Below are positions 25,188-30,279 of a stretch of DNA of 30,279 nucleotides, piece after piece. The notes beneath the pieces were generated by a model, which worked only from the letters and a program-made list of their open reading frames with translations, searched no databases and was not told where the DNA came from. Positions within the stretch are counted from its first letter, which is position 1, and each line of letters opens with the position of its first letter. This stretch comes from a virus (Duplodnaviria; Caudoviricetes), in IMG/VR virus record IMGVR_UViG_3300013767_000134, positions 1 through 30,279 of that record; one strand, written 5' to 3'. The translations under genes and the position numbers were made by a program.

Positions 25188-26666
25188 ATGCCTGACTTCA
25201 AGACCCTCAAGACCGCGTATCCGAAGGATTCGGACTATCCGGAGCGGGTGTTCGAGCTGTCGGCCCTGCAGCGCGTGCTGGACGGCACGCTCTATGACGA
25301 GCTGAAGCATGCCTTCAGCGAAGAGAAGAGCCCAGCCAACGAATACGTGCCGCTCGACAAGCGCCGGCCCAGCGCCCGCACGCGGATCTGCCGCACCGTC
25401 GTCAACGACTCGGTGTCGCTGCTCTTCAGCGAGGGCCACTTCCCCGCCGTCGAGTGCGCCGACGAGACGACGCGCGACACGCTGACCAAGGTCGCCAAGG
25501 AGACGAACCTCAACGAGGTGATGATCGAGGCGGCCACGGCCGGCTCAGTCGGATCGGTGGCGATCCTGATGCGCGTGCTGCGCGGCCGTGTGTTCTTTAC
25601 GGTCATGCGCTCTACCTTCCTGACCCCTGAGTGGGACCCGGAAGCTCCGGACACGCTGAAGTCGGTGACCGAGCGCTACAAGGTGCGCGGCGACGTGCTG
25701 AAGGCCAGCGGCTATTCCGTGGCCAACGACGACCTGCGCGCAGAGTTCTGGTTCCAGCGGGTTTGGGATGCCCAGGCCGAGAACTGGTACAAGCCGCTGA
25801 AGAAGGCCGACGCTGACAAGGGCATCCCGCAGCAGCTCGATGAGGCCAAGACCGTCCAGCACAAACTCGGTTTCGTGCCCATCGCATGGGTGCGCAACCT
25901 GCCGGGCGGCGACGAGACCGACGGCGAACCGACGTTTCCGCCCGAAGCCATCGACACGCAGATCGAGGCCGACTATCTCCTCAGCCAGGGAGGCCGGGGC
26001 CTGAAGTACCAGAGCGACCCGACGCTGCATATCAAAGAGCCAGCGTTCAGCGGCCAAGGCGCGGTCATCAAGGGCGCGGCAAACGCGATCGTCACGAGTG
26101 CCGATGGCGACGCCAAGCTGCTGGAGATCAGCGGCGACGCGGCCAGCGCGGTGCTCGAATGGGTGCGCGGCCTGCGCGAGCTCGCCCTTGAGGGAGCTGG
26201 CGGCAACCGCGCGAACGCGGACAAGCTCAGCTCGGCCCAGTCGGGCCGCGCGATGGAGCTGATGAACCAGGCGCTGATCTGGCTGGCGGACAAGCTGCGC
26301 ATCAGCTACGGAGAGGGCGCGCTCCTCGACCTGCTGAATATGATCGTGAAGGCCTCGGCCAAGCTTGAGCTGGTTGACAAGAAGGGCCGCGGGCTTGGCA
26401 AGCTGAGCACTGATGACGATGTGTCGCTGCGCTGGCCACAGTGGTATCAGCCCACCTACGCCGATAAGCAGACGCAGGCCGAGACGCTCGACGTGCTGCG
26501 CCAGGCCGGGCTGCTGTCTCGCGAGACCGGCGTGAAGAGCATCGCCGCCAGCTACGACATCGCCGACCCTGCAGACGAGATCCGGCAGATCGACGCCGAC
26601 CCGCCGCCGCCCAACAGCGCGGCCGCTCAGCCCAAGCAGCAGCCGCTGAGCAACTCGGACGATTGA
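25188..26666 (+). CDS. Portal protein (SPP1 gp6-like)
   Basis: 492 aa directly after terL; HKLGFVPI, SGRAM and late W-P motifs. Confidence 0.85.
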   Translation: MPDFKTLKTAYPKDSDYPERVFELSALQRVLDGTLYDELKHAFSEEKSPANEYVPLDKRRPSARTRICRTVVNDSVSLLFSEGHFPAVECADETTRDTLTKVAKETNLNEVMIEAATAGSVGSVAILMRVLRGRVFFTVMRSTFLTPEWDPEAPDTLKSVTERYKVRGDVLKASGYSVANDDLRAEFWFQRVWDAQAENWYKPLKKADADKGIPQQLDEAKTVQHKLGFVPIAWVRNLPGGDETDGEPTFPPEAIDTQIEADYLLSQGGRGLKYQSDPTLHIKEPAFSGQGAVIKGAANAIVTSADGDAKLLEISGDAASAVLEWVRGLRELALEGAGGNRANADKLSSAQSGRAMELMNQALIWLADKLRISYGEGALLDLLNMIVKASAKLELVDKKGRGLGKLSTDDDVSLRWPQWYQPTYADKQTQAETLDVLRQAGLLSRETGVKSIAASYDIADPADEIRQIDADPPPPNSAAAQPKQQPLSNSDD

Positions 26667-26739
26667 GCTGGTGCGGCGTGATGCCGCACCGGTTCACAAC
26701 CGGCCGCCTGATGGCGGTCTTTTCCACCCGGAGGGCCTG

Positions 26740-27033
26740 ATGCCTGAAGACCAACCCCAACTGCCCGATCTCCACCTCGGCAACGCCGCAGCCGCGGTCT
26801 GTCACAAGCTCTCGGCCCACGCCGTAGTGCTGCTCACGCTCACGAAGGACGGCGCGATTACGCTCACCGGCCACGGCGTGAACCACGCCATGGCCAACGA
26901 GATGCTGTCCCGCGGCATCGCGATGAACTACCAGCAGCATGACGCTGCGGTGCTGGCCGGCATGGCCGGCGAGGAAGCCCAGCAGTTCGCTCGTAAGCTG
27001 GCCGAAGCCAACGCTGCCGGAGGTGTGCAATGA
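26740..27033 (+). CDS. Hypothetical protein between portal and scaffold
   Basis: GGAGG RBS before ATG at 26740; ATGA coupling to the scaffold gene. Confidence 0.7.
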   Translation: MPEDQPQLPDLHLGNAAAAVCHKLSAHAVVLLTLTKDGAITLTGHGVNHAMANEMLSRGIAMNYQQHDAAVLAGMAGEEAQQFARKLAEANAAGGVQ

Positions 27034-27611
27034 GCGCGCTCCTGCGAGGCCTGATGCGCCGCGGCGGCTACATGGCGCCAGAGAACGGTGGCGAGGGCGG
27101 CGGAGGTGGCGGGGGAGGTGCACCAACCCCTCCGGAACCCCAGAGCTTCTCGGTCGACTATGTGCGCGAGCTGCGCGCCGAGAACAAGGGCTACCGCCTG
27201 AAGCACCAGGAGGCTGAGGCTAAGCTCGCCAAGGCGACAGCGGATCTCGATGCTGCGATTAAGGGAGTCGACGAGCGGGTGAACAAGGCCACGACCGAGG
27301 CCAAGACCGCCGCCGACCAGCGCATCATCCGCGCCGAGCTCAAGGCTGCCGCCGTCAAGGCCGGCATGGTCGACCTCGACGGCCTGAAGCTGGCCGACCT
27401 GTCCAAGGTGAAGCTGAACCCGGAGACGGGAGAAGTGGAGGGCGCCGATGCCCTCATGGAAGACCTAAAGAAGGGCAAACCTTTCCTGTTCGGCTCGACC
27501 AATACCAGCAACACCGAGAAGCCTCCGAAGCCGGGCGAGCAGTCCGGCAAGAAGGTCTCGGAGATGACCGCCGCCGAGTACGCCGCCGCCAAGGCTGCAG
27601 CGCTCAAGTAG
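27030..27611 (+). CDS. Capsid scaffolding protein
   Basis: Gly-rich N-terminus, YVRELRAENKGYR coiled coil, KPFLF, C-terminal EMTAAEY; precedes the capsid gene. Confidence 0.8.
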   Translation: MSALLRGLMRRGGYMAPENGGEGGGGGGGGAPTPPEPQSFSVDYVRELRAENKGYRLKHQEAEAKLAKATADLDAAIKGVDERVNKATTEAKTAADQRIIRAELKAAAVKAGMVDLDGLKLADLSKVKLNPETGEVEGADALMEDLKKGKPFLFGSTNTSNTEKPPKPGEQSGKKVSEMTAAEYAAAKAAALK

Positions 27612-27740
27612 GTCAACCCATGGCGCGCCGGCAGATCCGGCGCGCTTCTTCAACCTCGCAACCGCATCAGGCGCGACAGCGCCTTTCCCATCGGGGCCAG
27701 ACGCCCAGGGGGTCACCACCCAACCCCTTAGGAGCAGAAC

Positions 27741-29066
27741 ATGCCCATTCAAAATTTCCCGGCCGCCCTGCAGCCGATCATCCAGCAGAACTTCCTGGAG
27801 CGTGAGTTCCAGGACGGCATTCAGTCGATGCTGAGCTACCGCTCGATCGCGCGCCGTGAACAGTTCCCCAACCAGATCGGCGAGACCGTCACCAAGACCC
27901 GCCCGGGCTTGAAGGCGCCGGTCACCACGCCGATCACGCCGTCGAGCAACACCAACCTCGACAACGGCCTGACCCCCAGCACCTGGACGGTCGAGCAGTA
28001 CACGCTGTCGATCGCCATGTACGGCGACACGATCGACCTGAACACGGTCACGCAGCAGGTCGGCATCAAGGCGCAGTTCCTGCAGAACGCCAAGACCAAC
28101 GGCGTGCAGTCGATCCAGTCTCTGGACCGCCTGGCGCGCGTCGCGCTATTCAACGCCTACATGGGCGGCAACACGCGCGTCCGCACCACGCTCGGCGCTC
28201 CGGCCGCGACCATTAGCGTCGACGACATCCGCGGCTTCCAGCAGGTCTTCGTCAACGGCCAACTCGTCGCGGTGTCGGGCACCAACACCATGCAGGTGAC
28301 GGTCGGCTCGAACATCTACACGCTGACCGGCGCGGCCGCTGACGGCTCCAACGTGAGCACGGCGCCTGGCGGCATCAGCGGCACGCTGACCTTCTCGGGC
28401 AACGTGAGCGTTGCCGACGGCACGGCGCTGAACACCGTCAGCGCTTACAACAGCGGCGCCGGCGTGGCCCCGTTCATCCTGCGTCCCAACGGTCGCGGCA
28501 ACACGAGCCAGATCGTCGGCACCGACCTGCTGACGATGGGCTCCATCCTGGACGGTGTGGCCTACCTGCGCAACCAGGGCGTGGCGACCAAGGACGGCCT
28601 GTACAACCTGTACCTGGACCCGACCTCGGGCCGCCAGCTCTTCGCTGACCCCGACTTCAAGCTGCTGTATCAAGGCGCGACCGGCGAGAACCCAGTCTTC
28701 CGCAGCGGCATCGTGCGCGAGATCGGCGACGTGCGGATCATCCCGACCACCGAGGCCTACCAGCAGACCATCGGCGCCGTGAAGATCCGCCGCCCGATCC
28801 TGGTCGGCGACGGTGCGCTGGTCGAGGGTGACTTCGCCGGCATGGACAGTCACGAGACCGGCACCAACGCCGAGATCTCGGTGGTTGACGACATCGTGAT
28901 GGTCACCCGCGAGCCGCTGGACCGCCTGCAGCAGATCATCGCCCAGAGCTGGTACTGGATTGGTGGCTTCACGGCCCCGACCGACCAGACCGTCAACGCC
29001 ACCATCGTGCCCACGGCCTCGGCGAGCTACTACAAGCGCGCCGTCGTCTTCGAGCACGCCGGCTGA
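27741..29066 (+). CDS. Major capsid protein
   Basis: AGGAG RBS, 441 aa after the scaffold; EPLDRLQQIIAQSWYWIGGF C-terminal motif. Confidence 0.82.
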   Translation: MPIQNFPAALQPIIQQNFLEREFQDGIQSMLSYRSIARREQFPNQIGETVTKTRPGLKAPVTTPITPSSNTNLDNGLTPSTWTVEQYTLSIAMYGDTIDLNTVTQQVGIKAQFLQNAKTNGVQSIQSLDRLARVALFNAYMGGNTRVRTTLGAPAATISVDDIRGFQQVFVNGQLVAVSGTNTMQVTVGSNIYTLTGAAADGSNVSTAPGGISGTLTFSGNVSVADGTALNTVSAYNSGAGVAPFILRPNGRGNTSQIVGTDLLTMGSILDGVAYLRNQGVATKDGLYNLYLDPTSGRQLFADPDFKLLYQGATGENPVFRSGIVREIGDVRIIPTTEAYQQTIGAVKIRRPILVGDGALVEGDFAGMDSHETGTNAEISVVDDIVMVTREPLDRLQQIIAQSWYWIGGFTAPTDQTVNATIVPTASASYYKRAVVFEHAG

Positions 29067-29132
29067 CCGACGTAGACCAAGCGCGGGCGCCATCTGGCGC
29101 CTGCGCCTTCCAACCACCTCTGCGAGGCCACC

Positions 29133-29375
29133 ATGCCGCTCGGGACACCCTACATGGCCGACACCATCGCGCACGCCCCTGGCAACGGCCAAATGCAAGA
29201 GCTGACGCCGGCCGCGCTGACCACAAAGTACGGCGCCGGCAACGTCAAGACGCCGACTGCCGACTTCACCATCACCGTCAAGGGCCACACGTTCACGGGG
29301 CGCAAGAACGTCCCCTTCGTGACGACGCCCGAGATGCTGGCGGCACTCACCGCCGCTGGAGCACCGATTGTCTAA
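29133..29375 (+). CDS. Hypothetical virion-associated protein (alternative start 29154)
   Basis: In late operon, with codon style like the capsid gene. Confidence 0.65.
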   Translation: MPLGTPYMADTIAHAPGNGQMQELTPAALTTKYGAGNVKTPTADFTITVKGHTFTGRKNVPFVTTPEMLAALTAAGAPIV

Positions 29376-29625
29376 GCAGCCCACCAAACCCAAGGCACCG
29401 CCTGCGGCCGCGCCCGACCAGGCCGCGGGTAAGCAGCCGCCGGCCTCCCCGCCTGCGCCCAAGGCCGAAGGGCTGCCGGATCTGATCGTGCTCGAGCGCG
29501 ACTTCGGCTTCACGGTCAACGGCGTCGTGCGCGTCTGGGCTGCAGGCATACCAATCACCAAGCTGGCCGACATCCGCGAGCTGATCGCGCATGACGCGCC
29601 GCTCAAGGCCTATCGGGAGGTCTGA
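29368..29625 (+). CDS. Hypothetical protein, Pro/Ala-rich N-terminus
   Basis: TTG start after GGAG, overlaps the upstream stop. Confidence 0.6.
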   Translation: MSKQPTKPKAPPAAAPDQAAGKQPPASPPAPKAEGLPDLIVLERDFGFTVNGVVRVWAAGIPITKLADIRELIAHDAPLKAYREV

Positions 29626-29626
29626 C

Positions 29627-29914
29627 ATGGCCGACTTCTTCGGCGTCTCGCAGGGACGCAACTCGCAGCTGAATATCACGGCCGCCGCTGTGGTGAAGCA
29701 GGCCCCGGGCCGCGTCCAGCGCGTGCAGGTCCTCGTGGCCGGCAGCGCGGCCGGCGCGGTCTACGACAGCGCCAGCACCGCCGGCAACAGCGCGACCAAC
29801 CAGGTCGGCATCATCCCCAACGCGGTCGGCTCCTACTTGATCGACATGCCCTGCCTGCAGGGCATCGTGGTCGCGCCCGGCGCCGGCCAGACGCTCGCCA
29901 TCTCCTACGACTGA
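29627..29914 (+). CDS. Small beta-rich virion protein candidate
   Basis: GGGAGG RBS before ATG at 29627. Confidence 0.7.
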   Translation: MADFFGVSQGRNSQLNITAAAVVKQAPGRVQRVQVLVAGSAAGAVYDSASTAGNSATNQVGIIPNAVGSYLIDMPCLQGIVVAPGAGQTLAISYD

Positions 29915-29922
29915 GGTTCGTC

Positions 29923-30279
29923 ATGACTTTCACCACGCAGGAGCGGGTCGACATCCGGCGCTACTGCTGGTATCCGGTCTATGGCGGCACGCCCAGCTCC
30001 TTCCAGTCCTACCGCTTCTTCCAGGCCTACGGCACGCTGGAATACCGGCTGTCGAACCTGTTGGCCGAGGAGGAGGGCGTGATCCGCACCACCTACCTCG
30101 CCAACCTGGCGACGCTGGAGACGGCGATCCCGGGCGTCTCGGCCAACCTCGACACCGACGTGGCCGCCGTCTGGACGCACAACAAGCGCGAGCTCGCAGA
30201 CCGCGAGGCCCTGTTCACGAACTGGCGCATGAAGCTGTGCGAGTTCCTCGGCATCCCGCCGGGCCCGGGCTACAACGGC
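29923..30279 (+). CDS. Head-completion/adaptor candidate, truncated by window end (not in ORF track)
   Basis: GAGG RBS; MTFTTQERVDIRRYCWYP...AYGTLEYRL... stays open to the end of the window. Confidence 0.7.
   Translation, partial: MTFTTQERVDIRRYCWYPVYGGTPSSFQSYRFFQAYGTLEYRLSNLLAEEEGVIRTTYLANLATLETAIPGVSANLDTDVAAVWTHNKRELADREALFTNWRMKLCEFLGIPPGPGYNG

Larger units (their letters stand above)
1..30279. mobile_element. Temperate lambdoid prophage, partial (integrase to head genes)
   Basis: Gene order int - early recombination genes - cI/cro - replication - RusA - Q-like - terminase - portal - capsid; both ends lie outside the window. Confidence 0.95.

Noticed and set aside
25984-25993. 10-nt complement (GCCAGGGAGG) of the candidate sRNA loop inside the portal CDS
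   Set aside because: A match of this length is plausible by chance in 30 kb of GC-rich DNA and is not at a start codon

Overview
The window is the left half of a GC-rich temperate lambdoid prophage; a Betaproteobacterial (Burkholderiales-like) host is an inference from gene style. It opens with the C-terminal end of a tyrosine integrase on the + strand, converging on a ~12 kb leftward early operon. That operon encodes DUF4031, an AlpA/Xis-like protein, a C5 DNA methyltransferase with six internal TRD-like repeats, a HAD phosphatase, a DEDDh exonuclease, DUF3268, a Rad50/SbcC-like ATPase, an FtsK-gamma protein, RecT, a Cas4/AddB-like nuclease and a 12-aa tandem-repeat protein. The immunity region has clear PL/PR promoters and TGCG-N5-CGCA operators, and cI is directly followed by an acyltransferase-3 plus exported alpha/beta-hydrolase pair. 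Rightward come cro, a cII-like gene with a PRE-like site, an SNF2-MTase fusion, a DUF1376 initiator with internal repeats, a P-like loader, RusA, a Q-like gene with pR'/tR', then TerS, TerL, portal, scaffold, major capsid and head-completion genes. The most unusual elements are: the three-variant 36-bp repeat protein with a higher-order duplication, the cI-coupled acyltransferase/hydrolase pair, a structured RNA candidate with an anti-Shine-Dalgarno loop between recT and the FtsK-gamma gene, and about ten hairpins with NWGAY loops at head-gene boundaries. All family calls are by visual motif recognition; no database search was run.
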